From Pachysolen tannophilus NRRL Y-2460 (Eukaryota), in the NCBI GenBank assembly GCA_001661245.1, contig KV454017.1:62001-126000 (forward strand): a stretch of DNA of 64,000 nt. The letters are read 5' to 3'. Positions 22,975 to 32,292 of this stretch are shown in pieces. Numbering within the stretch: position 1 is the first letter of the stretch; every line of letters begins with the position of its first letter. The position numbers and the translations under genes were made by a program. The notes below the pieces were generated by a model, which was not told the DNA's origin, searched no databases, and saw only the letters and a program-made list of their open reading frames with translations.

Positions 22975-23525
22975 ATGTTTAAATCAATTGGATTATCTAA
23001 AAATTTTATTAGAATGTCATCTACTTTAACTCCAGTAAGTTTAATTGAGGATAAATAGAATTTTTTTTTAATTTTTTTTAATTTTTTTTAATCAATGAAA
23101 AAGAAGAAGAAAAATTCAATTGAGATTAGAAAAAAAAATACTAATTAATTATATTTTAATAGGTTATTGCTAAAAATGCACCACCAGCTGCTGCATCATA
23201 TTCTCATGCAATTAAAGCAAATGGATTTATTTATGTTTCTGGACAAATTCCATATACTATAGAAAATAAACCAGTTCAAGGTCCATTTCAAGATAAAGCA
23301 GAACAAGTAATTAATAATGTTTTAAATATTTTAAAAGAATCAAATTCTTCATTAGAAAAAATTGTTAAAGTTAATATTTTTTTAACTGATATGAATAATT
23401 TTAGTGATTTTAACAATGTTTATTCAAAATTTTTTAATTCTCATAAACCCGCTAGATCATGTGTTGCTGTAAAAGAATTACCATTAGGAGTTGATCTAGA
23501 AATGGAAGTTATCGCTGTTGAATGA
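22975..23525 (+). CDS. MMF1: RidA/YjgF-family enamine deaminase Mmf1/Hmf1; exons 22975-23034 and 23163-23525; second in-frame ATG at 23014
   Basis: ..TLTP|VIAKNAPPAAASYSHAIKANGFIYVSGQIP...HKPARSCVAVKELPLGVDLEMEVIAVE; GTAAGT..TACTAAT..TAG intron. Absent from the ORF track. Confidence 0.93.
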
Positions 23526-23744
23526 AAAAAAGAGCGATCAAAATGCGTTGCGCTTTCCATACGCTCTACGCTCTTTATACGCTCTACGCTCTTTATAGGC
23601 ACTCCACAATTAACTATTTAAACTGCGTGTAGTGTGTATAAATAACAAAATAAAATTAAAATAAAAAAAAAAAGGTTACATCATAGTAGTGTGCTTCAAA
23701 CAGATTTTGTAATTTTGTTTTTTAAATTTTTTCTTTCTCTCCTG

Positions 23745-23826
23745 TTAGGGTTTCTAGCCCTTTTCAACTGATTTTACATTTTACTTTTTCTTGTACTGCT
23801 TTCGCAGTCACAAAGTGTTTTACCCG
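23745..23826 (+). promoter_or_regulatory. RPL34 promoter: Tbf1-like TTAGGG..TAGCCCT (23745-23761), Homol-D CAGTCACA (23805-23812), Reb1-like TTACCCG (23820-23826)
   Basis: Motif matches read directly 280-360 bp upstream of a ribosomal protein gene. Confidence 0.5.
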
Positions 23827-24103
23827 ATTAACTGCCAATTTCTTTGATGTGTTTATATTTTTATTTTTTTTTTTTTTGGCAGATTGTCTCTTTAAAGTCT
23901 TTAAAGAAAAATTGGTGTTATTGACACGCTTTTTCATTGGAGAAACTTTTTTTTTAAATTTTTTTTTTAGTAAAATGAAAAAATTTCAAATTTCAATAGT
24001 TTTTTTCTTTTTTAAAAAAAATTACTATACAAATTTTTTAATATTATCTTTAATAGTAATTAATTGTATATTCATTTTTTTTTAACAATAATTCAAAGTA
24101 AAA

Positions 24104-24704
24104 ATGGCTCAAAGAATTACTTTTAGAAGAAGAAATCCATGTATGTGATGATTGATTGCAGTTTGCAAAAGAAATAGAAATGGAAATTGAAATGGAATGA
24201 TGGGGTTCTATATATGATGAATTTATCAAATAATTATTAAAATGGAACTTCATTATTATAATATTATTTTATTTCATTTCTTTATTTTTTATTTATTTAT
24301 TTTACACCTAGTTATATGTTGATACTAACGTTTAAATTTTCTTTTTTCTTTCTTTCTTTTCTTTAGACAACACCAAGTCAAACCAAATTAAGGTTGTTAA
24401 GACCCCAGGTGGTATTTTAAGAGCTCAACATGTTAAGAAACAAGGTACTAGACCAAAATGTGGTGACTGTGGTATTGCTTTACCAGGTATCTCTGCTTTA
24501 AGACCAAGACAATATGCTCAAGTTTCAAGAACTCACAAGACTGTTTCAAGATCTTATGGTGGTTCTAGATGTGCAAACTGTGTTAAGGAAAGAATTGTTA
24601 GAGCTTTCTTGATTGAAGAACAAAAAATTGTTAAAAAAGTTTTAAAAGATCAAGCTGAAAAGGAAAAAAAAGCTGAAAAGAAAACAAGTAAATCAAAGAA
24701 ATAA
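24104..24704 (+). CDS. RPL34: 60S ribosomal protein eL34; exons 24104-24140 and 24367-24704
   Basis: MAQRITFRRRNPY|NTKSNQIKVVKTPGG...PKCGDCG...SYGGSRCANCVKERIVRAFL; GTATGT..TACTAAC..TAG intron. Absent from the ORF track. Confidence 0.96.
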
Positions 24705-24923
24705 GTATGTCTTTATATATATTTGTAATTTGGAGGTAATGTAAAAACTTTTTATTAATTATTATTATTATTATTATTAAAGAGAAATTAAAAATTAGAA
24801 AAATTCAAGTAGTTTATAAATTGGATAAAAATCTTTAAATATTTTTAATCTTTTAGTAAATTTTATATATTTATTACTATTTATATTTATATAAATATAA
24901 ATATAAATATAAATATAAAATAT

Positions 24924-25493
24924 ATGGAAATGAATTCAGTTGAAAAACGATTATTAAAAGAATATAAAAATTTATCTAATGATGAAAATTCATTAAGAGA
25001 AAATGGAATTTTAAATTTGAATCCTATATCCGAAAATAATTTATTTAAATGGAGTTGTAATATAACAACAACACTGGAAAATTCTTTATATAAAAATTGT
25101 ATATGGGATTTAGAAATTGATATACCTCAAGATTATCCTATACAACCACCAAATGTAAAATTTTCAAATAAAAAAAATTTATTTAAAAAAGATAGTTCTA
25201 GTTTAAAAAATAATGAAATTTTATTTTATCATATGATTGGAATTGTACCAGTACATCCAAATATTAATTTTAAAAATGGTGAAATTTGTTTGGATATATT
25301 GAAAACAAAATGGACACCAGCATGGACATTAGAGTCAACAATTATTGCTATAAAGTTATTATTGGATGATCCAGAACCTTTATCACCATTAAACGTTGAT
25401 CTGGCAAATTTAATAAGGTGTAACGATTTAAAAGGTTATAAAGATCTTATAAATTATTATACTAAAAAATATGGTAAATTAGAATATAGATAA
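24924..25493 (+). CDS. PEX4: Ubiquitin-conjugating enzyme, Pex4-like
   Basis: KRLLKEY, YPIQPP, HPNINFKNGEICLDILKTKWTPAWTL, PEPLSPLNVD; near CAF130 as in S. cerevisiae. Confidence 0.8.
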   Translation: MEMNSVEKRLLKEYKNLSNDENSLRENGILNLNPISENNLFKWSCNITTTLENSLYKNCIWDLEIDIPQDYPIQPPNVKFSNKKNLFKKDSSSLKNNEILFYHMIGIVPVHPNINFKNGEICLDILKTKWTPAWTLESTIIAIKLLLDDPEPLSPLNVDLANLIRCNDLKGYKDLINYYTKKYGKLEYR

Positions 25494-25600
25494 AATAAAC
25501 CCAAATAAAAAAATATACTTTAATTTATTTATATATATGAAAATAACAAAATGAAGAAACAAACCATAAGAATAAAACTCTATTTTATGCTTAATTATTA

Positions 25601-26632
25601 TTATTTATCTTTAAAACCGAAAAATTCTTCAATATCAAAAATTGTACCTTTCTCCCTTTTAGCCTTTTCCTTTGCAATGTTTTCTCTTTCTTCAATTTCA
25701 ATTTTATTTACCACAATCAAATCATCACGATAAAATTCATCTCCTGGTTTATTAATTAATTGAAAAGGTTTTAATTTTTCTAAATAATTTAGAGGTAAAT
25801 TAAACATTTCTAAATTATGTTGTTGAGTATTTAAAGCTGTATTACAAAAAATTGAATTATATGGAAGTTTAACATTTTGTTTATTTAAATAAACATTATA
25901 ATAATTGGTATGAGTTTTTTTTTCCATTAATATTTGTTTTTTGGATTCTTTAAATTTTGCTAAATTATTTAATACTGAAGAATTTTTAGAAGATTTTAAT
26001 TTTTTCAATTTTGTTGATTCTGAATGATTTTTCACAACTGGTGATAATAATGGCATATGATTATTGATAAGTAAATCATTAAAAAGTGTACTATGACTTA
26101 TATTTGAAGTCGATGGTACCCTTGGTAATGAATTTAAATTATAACGAGCTTTTACTTTAATTATATTTTTTCCACCTTGTTTATCTAATCCATCAGCAGC
26201 AGTAGTAGTAGTACAAGCAGTATGGGCGGCAGGGGCGGCAGGGGCGGCGGTAGGAGTAGCGGCCGCAGCGGTAGGATTAGAAGTAGAGGTAAAACTCCCT
26301 CTACTCAGTGCACTACCGGGAGCGCAGCCGGGAGAATTACTGGCAACCAGTCCACGCTCCCCGCCATTACCACTACTTTTGTTACCGCTACCTCCGCAGC
26401 TACTACTGCTATTTTTTTGCCCTTCATTAACACCAACATTCAACTTTAACTTCTTATGATCCATCTGTGGCTCTATCTTATTATTATTATCACTGGTATC
26501 AGTACTACCATTGGCATTACTCGGAGTATCCGCGCTAGTTTCATTTGCATTATTCTCAGGGCTTAAAGTAGAAGAATATCTACTCCAAACTACTCGCCTC
26601 ACAACTGACCCACGTAAAGATAATTTAATCAT
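25601..26632 (-). CDS. Probable mitochondrial Pet20/Sue1-family protein with low-complexity GC-rich insert
   Basis: Arg/Ser-rich presequence-like N-terminus (MIKLSLRGSVVRRVVWSRYSST); YNLNSLPRVPSTSNI..DLLINNHMPL resembles the Pet20 motif (recalled, unverified). Confidence 0.5.
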   Translation of the reverse strand: MIKLSLRGSVVRRVVWSRYSSTLSPENNANETSADTPSNANGSTDTSDNNNKIEPQMDHKKLKLNVGVNEGQKNSSSSCGGSGNKSSGNGGERGLVASNSPGCAPGSALSRGSFTSTSNPTAAAATPTAAPAAPAAHTACTTTTAADGLDKQGGKNIIKVKARYNLNSLPRVPSTSNISHSTLFNDLLINNHMPLLSPVVKNHSESTKLKKLKSSKNSSVLNNLAKFKESKKQILMEKKTHTNYYNVYLNKQNVKLPYNSIFCNTALNTQQHNLEMFNLPLNYLEKLKPFQLINKPGDEFYRDDLIVVNKIEIEERENIAKEKAKREKGTIFDIEEFFGFKDK

Positions 26633-27388
26633 ATCCTAAATATATATATATATATATTATTCAAATAAATAATTTAATGAATTCAAATTTTTTTATAATA
26701 AATTATAATATATTAAATTAAAACTTGTTTATATATGACTCAACTTTTATATTATTATTAATAATAATAATAATAATAAAGATGAAATCATATAATATTT
26801 ATATATATATTGGCTGGCTGCTATCTTTAATGTGCGGAAGCATGCAAGTCAAATTTGGGGCGCTTAAGGAAATCTCTAATTTTAATTTTTTCTTTTTAAT
26901 ATCCGATAAAAGGAGATTTAAGGGCTGAACGCCACTTTTTTCCTTTTTTTTTTGCTTTTTTTGTTTTTTCTTTTTCTTTTCCTTTTCCCGGGGCAAAAAA
27001 GGAGAAAAAGAAAAAACAAGGGTGTATTAGTAGTTATGTGCACTACTTAAAAATGATGATAGATAAATATAAAAAGTAGTGTTAAATCCACTCAAATGAA
27101 CAAGTCGTGTGTTTGATAGATAAGTTTTCCGTTTTTAATGATTTTGTGTTTTTTAGCACTACGGTTTGTTTTCATTTTTAATTTTTATTGTGTTGATGAA
27201 TAATAAGTGAAAAAGTTATAGTTTTAGTATTAAATGGTTGAGCCTTTATTATATAAATATATATATATATTTAAATTTAAGTTTAAATTTTGTTTTTAGT
27301 TGTTGAGTTGAATTTTCAAAAAAAAAAAATAGTCAAACTGATTACGATAAATGGTACAAAAGACGTTCACCTGCAGCGCCTTGCTTTA

Positions 27389-29962
27389 ATGGCTGCTTGG
27401 GGTGCTCTGTCAGGCGGTATTGCTCATAATGATTTGAAAATAGATGAGCAATCAGATTATAATGATTTATCAAAAGATTTAGAGAATGGGAAGGAAAAAG
27501 AATTTGTATTTGATTTGGATTTCCCATCACGAAATGATCTTGAAGAAGATCCGAATCAAAATGAAGACTTTATACATGATCGTCTTCTGGATCTACTGAA
27601 TATTAAAATGAATTTTTCAAAAGATGATGATAATAATAATAATAATAATAATGATGATGATGATGATGATTATGATGACTCCAATAATAGTAATAATAAG
27701 AATTTAAATTTTTTTGCAAAACATGAAGTTTTATTTAAATTTTTAAAAATTTTACCTGAACCAAATTTTGATAATTTTAATGATAAATTTATTTATCAAC
27801 TTTTTTCATCTCTTGCAGCATTATGTGATCCACTTACTCAACCTTCAGAAACAGGTGAGAATAATGAATTTATCCTATCATTAGATATGGTTTCTGATTT
27901 GGTTATACTGTTGAATTTACCAAAACAATTGGAAAATAAATCTCCATTACCATTTTTTGATATGAGCTTACAATTATCAATAATTGTTGAAAAAATTTTA
28001 TTTAAATTAAATTGTCTTGATGAAATTTTACTTTCAAAAATTGAAAATGATGAAGAAAATTGGTTAAATAATTTAAAATATTGGATCCCAGATAATACTT
28101 TATCTTCTCCTTCAAACTTATCAAATAATTATCATGATTTAAAATTATTATATTCAATAACTTGTGTTTCATTATTATGTATTTATAAATTAACTAATAA
28201 AAATTTATGTTTAAATCCATTTTTATCATTTTTTTTAAAAATATGGAAATTACAAACTTTAGTAGTATTATTAGGTTTGGAAATTGATAGAAGAGATGAA
28301 AAGGAAAATTTAAGAGGTTATCCATTAATAATAAGATATGTTGTTAAAGGTTCATCTGCTATAAGAAATGTTTGTGCTATGATCTTAAATAATGATTTGG
28401 ATACTAGAATACATGATATAAAACATGAATCTTTAAATAATTTTATGTCACCTTGGGGTAGAAAAGCAGGAAATGGTTCACTTTTTGCAGATATGAGACT
28501 TTACGTTGCAGCAATGTTAGCTTTAGGTGGTGAATTGATTGATGTCACAAGTTTATTAATCGATTTAGAACCTGATGATAAACTTGATGAAGATATTAAA
28601 TATATGTTTGATTATGAATTTGAAGATCAGGATAGTACAGAAGCAATTGAAAATGGACCTCTAGATGAAGATGGAGAATATGATTTGCATCCAGATTGTA
28701 ATTGTGAATTTGAAGAAAGTGAATATCGTGATTGCGATTATGAAGATCAAGATGATGAAAATGAGTATCTACATGAATATGATAATAATGATAAACTGCT
28801 AGATTTTTTACCACAATCAAATGGATTAATAACCAAAATTGTTGATAAAAATGGTAAAGTTTTTTTAAAATTTCTTGATAAAGATAATAATGAATTTATA
28901 TATGATCCTGAAAATGGAGATTTAATGGACAACAAAAATAAAGAAAAAATTAATCAAGAAGAATTATTGATTAAAAGTAATCCTATCATGAATAGAAATA
29001 ATTTCCCTACTGCTTTTAGATCCAAAATTGAAGAACTGGATGATAATGATGATTCGGATGGTAAAGATTGGAGAGATGTTCCAAGAGGTGATAATATTTT
29101 TTTCACAGATGAATTTGTAAACATAATAGAGAAAGATGATGATGATGGAAAAATATTAATTAAAAACTGGTCCGATATGAAGTCAATTTTTATTGAAATG
29201 ACGAAAAAATCTATTTCTGAAGAAAAGGGGAAAACTTTGATTTTAAGCGTTGCCAATGTTGTCAAGCAAGAATTTGATGAACAAATGAAACTAGCAAGGC
29301 TCGGATCTGAAGCAAGATTAAAACATGAACAAAAAATAGCACAACAGAAAAAAGGAGAGAATATATGTAGCCCGGATACTATATACGAGTTTCTATCATC
29401 TAATTGGACTTTTGAATCAATGATCAATTTTAATCCAGCAATATCTTTTTGCATAATAGATGAGTTATTGATGGCTCATGGTTACAGGAGAGTATTAATC
29501 TGGTTTTTAACTCATTTAGAATTGAGTCATTGGTTGATTAATTATATTCATGAATTACTTGTTGGAATTAGAGGAAATACTGGAAATTCTCTGTTCCCAT
29601 TTTCAAGAAAAGGTCCTTTAGTTTTATCCAAAGTGGAAAAATCAATGTTGTTGCATGAATTTATAAGCAATGCAGTAGTTTTCATTGCAAGAGGTTCAGG
29701 ACTAGAGACAGATTTATTACAAGAAAACTATGATAATGAACAGGAAGAAGATGTATCTGTTTTTGGTTCTCACTATAGAACCATTGCAAAGCCATCTCAA
29801 GCTAGAAAGTTGCTGAAGATAATTTGTTTAATGATAAAGTCGTTGTATGATAAAAAAATATTAATAGAAAAAGATGAAGAATATAGGCCAGAATTACAAA
29901 CTCTTTTGATACAATGGGTATGTATTTTACCAGAAGCTAAACAACTATTTATGAGGTGTTAA
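27389..29962 (+). CDS. CAF130: CCR4-NOT associated subunit Caf130-like
   Basis: DPLTQP, GLEIDRRDE, HDIKHESLNNFMSPWGRK, EDIKYMFDYE, GKDWRDVPRG, GYRRVLIWFLTHL motifs; PEX4 synteny. Start taken as first in-frame ATG. Confidence 0.7.
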   Translation: MAAWGALSGGIAHNDLKIDEQSDYNDLSKDLENGKEKEFVFDLDFPSRNDLEEDPNQNEDFIHDRLLDLLNIKMNFSKDDDNNNNNNNDDDDDDYDDSNNSNNKNLNFFAKHEVLFKFLKILPEPNFDNFNDKFIYQLFSSLAALCDPLTQPSETGENNEFILSLDMVSDLVILLNLPKQLENKSPLPFFDMSLQLSIIVEKILFKLNCLDEILLSKIENDEENWLNNLKYWIPDNTLSSPSNLSNNYHDLKLLYSITCVSLLCIYKLTNKNLCLNPFLSFFLKIWKLQTLVVLLGLEIDRRDEKENLRGYPLIIRYVVKGSSAIRNVCAMILNNDLDTRIHDIKHESLNNFMSPWGRKAGNGSLFADMRLYVAAMLALGGELIDVTSLLIDLEPDDKLDEDIKYMFDYEFEDQDSTEAIENGPLDEDGEYDLHPDCNCEFEESEYRDCDYEDQDDENEYLHEYDNNDKLLDFLPQSNGLITKIVDKNGKVFLKFLDKDNNEFIYDPENGDLMDNKNKEKINQEELLIKSNPIMNRNNFPTAFRSKIEELDDNDDSDGKDWRDVPRGDNIFFTDEFVNIIEKDDDDGKILIKNWSDMKSIFIEMTKKSISEEKGKTLILSVANVVKQEFDEQMKLARLGSEARLKHEQKIAQQKKGENICSPDTIYEFLSSNWTFESMINFNPAISFCIIDELLMAHGYRRVLIWFLTHLELSHWLINYIHELLVGIRGNTGNSLFPFSRKGPLVLSKVEKSMLLHEFISNAVVFIARGSGLETDLLQENYDNEQEEDVSVFGSHYRTIAKPSQARKLLKIICLMIKSLYDKKILIEKDEEYRPELQTLLIQWVCILPEAKQLFMRC

Positions 29963-30135
29963 AAAGAAATGGAGGAGATTTTATATAGATAAATAAATAT
30001 ATGTATATATATATATATATCTATATATATGATATAATATGATAGTAATAATAATAAAAAATAATAAAGAAAAAAAAAAAATAAAAACCGGTTAGAATAT
30101 ATATAGATATAAATATATACATATTTGTATATCGT

Positions 30136-31482
30136 TTATCTTTTAAAACGTAATCTTTCAAAGAAATTCTTGGTATTCTTTTCTGGAGGTTGATTGTTTT
30201 CATTACCCAGCTGGTATGAACTAGTTTCAGTTACTTGTTTATCTTCATTATCATTATCATTATCATTGTCATCGTCATTATTTGCTTCTTTTTCTTCATC
30301 TACAAACGATTTGTCAATTTTCGATTTTTTAAGCGATGCGCTAACAGGAATAGTAGAATGTCTTCCATCAAACATAAAACCTGGGTAGAATGGAACAAAT
30401 ATTGTGGTGGCAATTGACATCATTAATGCATCTAATATAATGAAATAAGTTTCATGAGTCATTAAAAATCCTGACCAGCCTTCAGCCAATTCAACCACTC
30501 TATAAATACATCTAACAAAAACAAATAATGTAGCAATTGTTACAGCAAAGTTAAAATATTTAAATAAAGGGCGAGCTCTAATATAAGCATACTTTGGATT
30601 ATACAATGATTCCAAAGGTTCATCTGGAGAAGGTAAATCTTTTTTAGCTCTAATATAAACCGCATGTAAGAAATCAAACATAAAACACAAGAATATAGCC
30701 ATTGAAAAGACTTGTAAAGCTAAACCTCCAACAAAAACATGAGTACCAGTAGTATTGGATTCATCATTGGCAGTTGCTGTACCAGCAATACCACCACCTA
30801 ATGCTTGAATAACTAGAGAAAGTATATCACATGAAACAAATACATAACTATAATAAATTGGTTTCAATCTTGAAAAATGTTCTCCATATACTGCTCCTAA
30901 TTTCAGTAATTGATAATAAATCCCACCCATGGTGAAAACAGGAGCAATTGTTAAACAAATAAATTGAATAAGGAAATCATTCATATTATTAGTAGCACTA
31001 TGTGATAAAGTTCTTCCAATATAACCTAACATTTCTAAGAAAGTTGCAATCACAAAAGCTGTACCAAACCAATATTGTCTATAAATGGCAAATGTAATTA
31101 AATTAAATAATAATAATATACCAAAGATAATGGCCATTGCTAAATTAAAAGCATAATTTGGAACCATTCCTGAATAAAAACTTTCTTCTAAATATAAAGA
31201 CAGTAAAGCTTGAGATGCAGATAATACACCTTGAGTAGCAGAAGCCAATACCGTTTGATCCGTAGCAGTTGCTGCCATAACTTCATTAGATAAATATTCT
31301 ATGGAATAAGAAGCACCAGCTGCAAGATTTGATAACGAATATAAATCCACATGTTTAGTAGCAGTTGCCAGCACTGAAGTAGCTGATTCATAAACAGAAT
31401 TAAGCGAAGTTATCTCAGATAAATAACGAGACACAGACAGCGTAGGAATCTTTGAAATAGTTGAAGCTATTGTAGTAGTCAT
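30136..31482 (-). CDS. RSB1: Rta1/Rsb1-family 7-TM lipid-translocating exporter
   Basis: LEMLGYIGR, QFICLTIAPVFTMGGIYYQL, DILSLVIQALGGG, RCIYRVVELAEGWSG..HETYFIILDALM. Confidence 0.85.
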   Translation of the reverse strand: MTTTIASTISKIPTLSVSRYLSEITSLNSVYESATSVLATATKHVDLYSLSNLAAGASYSIEYLSNEVMAATATDQTVLASATQGVLSASQALLSLYLEESFYSGMVPNYAFNLAMAIIFGILLLFNLITFAIYRQYWFGTAFVIATFLEMLGYIGRTLSHSATNNMNDFLIQFICLTIAPVFTMGGIYYQLLKLGAVYGEHFSRLKPIYYSYVFVSCDILSLVIQALGGGIAGTATANDESNTTGTHVFVGGLALQVFSMAIFLCFMFDFLHAVYIRAKKDLPSPDEPLESLYNPKYAYIRARPLFKYFNFAVTIATLFVFVRCIYRVVELAEGWSGFLMTHETYFIILDALMMSIATTIFVPFYPGFMFDGRHSTIPVSASLKKSKIDKSFVDEEKEANNDDDNDNDNDNEDKQVTETSSYQLGNENNQPPEKNTKNFFERLRFKR

Positions 31483-31985
31483 ATTGATGAGTAAATAAAG
31501 TTGAACTATACTATTATTGTCTTTACTTTCTAATTAATACCACACATACACCAAACCTCTAATAACCACATGCAATTAAGGAAAACCTTTACATTTATAT
31601 AGACATTTGAAGAAAAGATAAAAATAACTTAAGGCCATCAGAAATGTCAAAAAAAAAAAGAAAATTTAAAAAATTTAAAAAAAATAAAAAAAATAAAAAA
31701 AAAAGAAGAAAAAAGAGAAAAAGAAAACAAAAAACCTTTATTACCGAGAACGAAAGCGATACCGAAATCGAATACTTTTAATGAAAAATACATCAAATAT
31801 TCAAGTAACAAGCTAAATAATTTCGGATTAGATTCATCAACTCTTCAGATCTAATATTATCTTATCAGATAAGTCTCGGATCTCATAATAATTTTTTTAT
31901 AAAGCAAATTTCGGAAAATCTTTATTTCCGAATGAAAACTGCTTGCTATTAATTCAATCAAATTGAGATAAAAAAATAAAACAAA

Positions 31986-32107
31986 GTGGTGCAGGGCGTG
32001 ATGTTACCGTGGTGTGATGTGTAAAGTTTATGGTGTAGGGTGTGGATAAGTTTGTGGTGTAAGGTGTTAGATGTTGTGCGGGATGTTTTATGTGGTGTGA
32101 GGTGTTG
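31986..32107 (+). repeat. Strand-biased TG-rich degenerate repeat with seven GGTGT cores
   Basis: gtggtgtgatgtg..tggtgtagggtgtgg..tgtggtgtaaggtgtt..tgtggtgtgaggtgttg. Confidence 0.6.
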
Positions 32108-32292
32108 AAAAGACAAGTGTAAACAAAAGAAGTTTACTGTAATTAGAACCTTCGTGTAATATATAATTCAGAATACAGAATATAAATTATAAATTAAATT
32201 ATTAATTCAGTGGATATCATTCGGAGGATATAGCAGATTGCAGATCAAAATAGATTGGTTTCTAATTTATTAGGTAGAGGGTATATAGGAAC

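Noticed and set aside
24141..24366. Box C/D snoRNA in the RPL34 intron (TGATGA at ~24146 and ~24215)
   Set aside because: No downstream CTGA box D within the intron.
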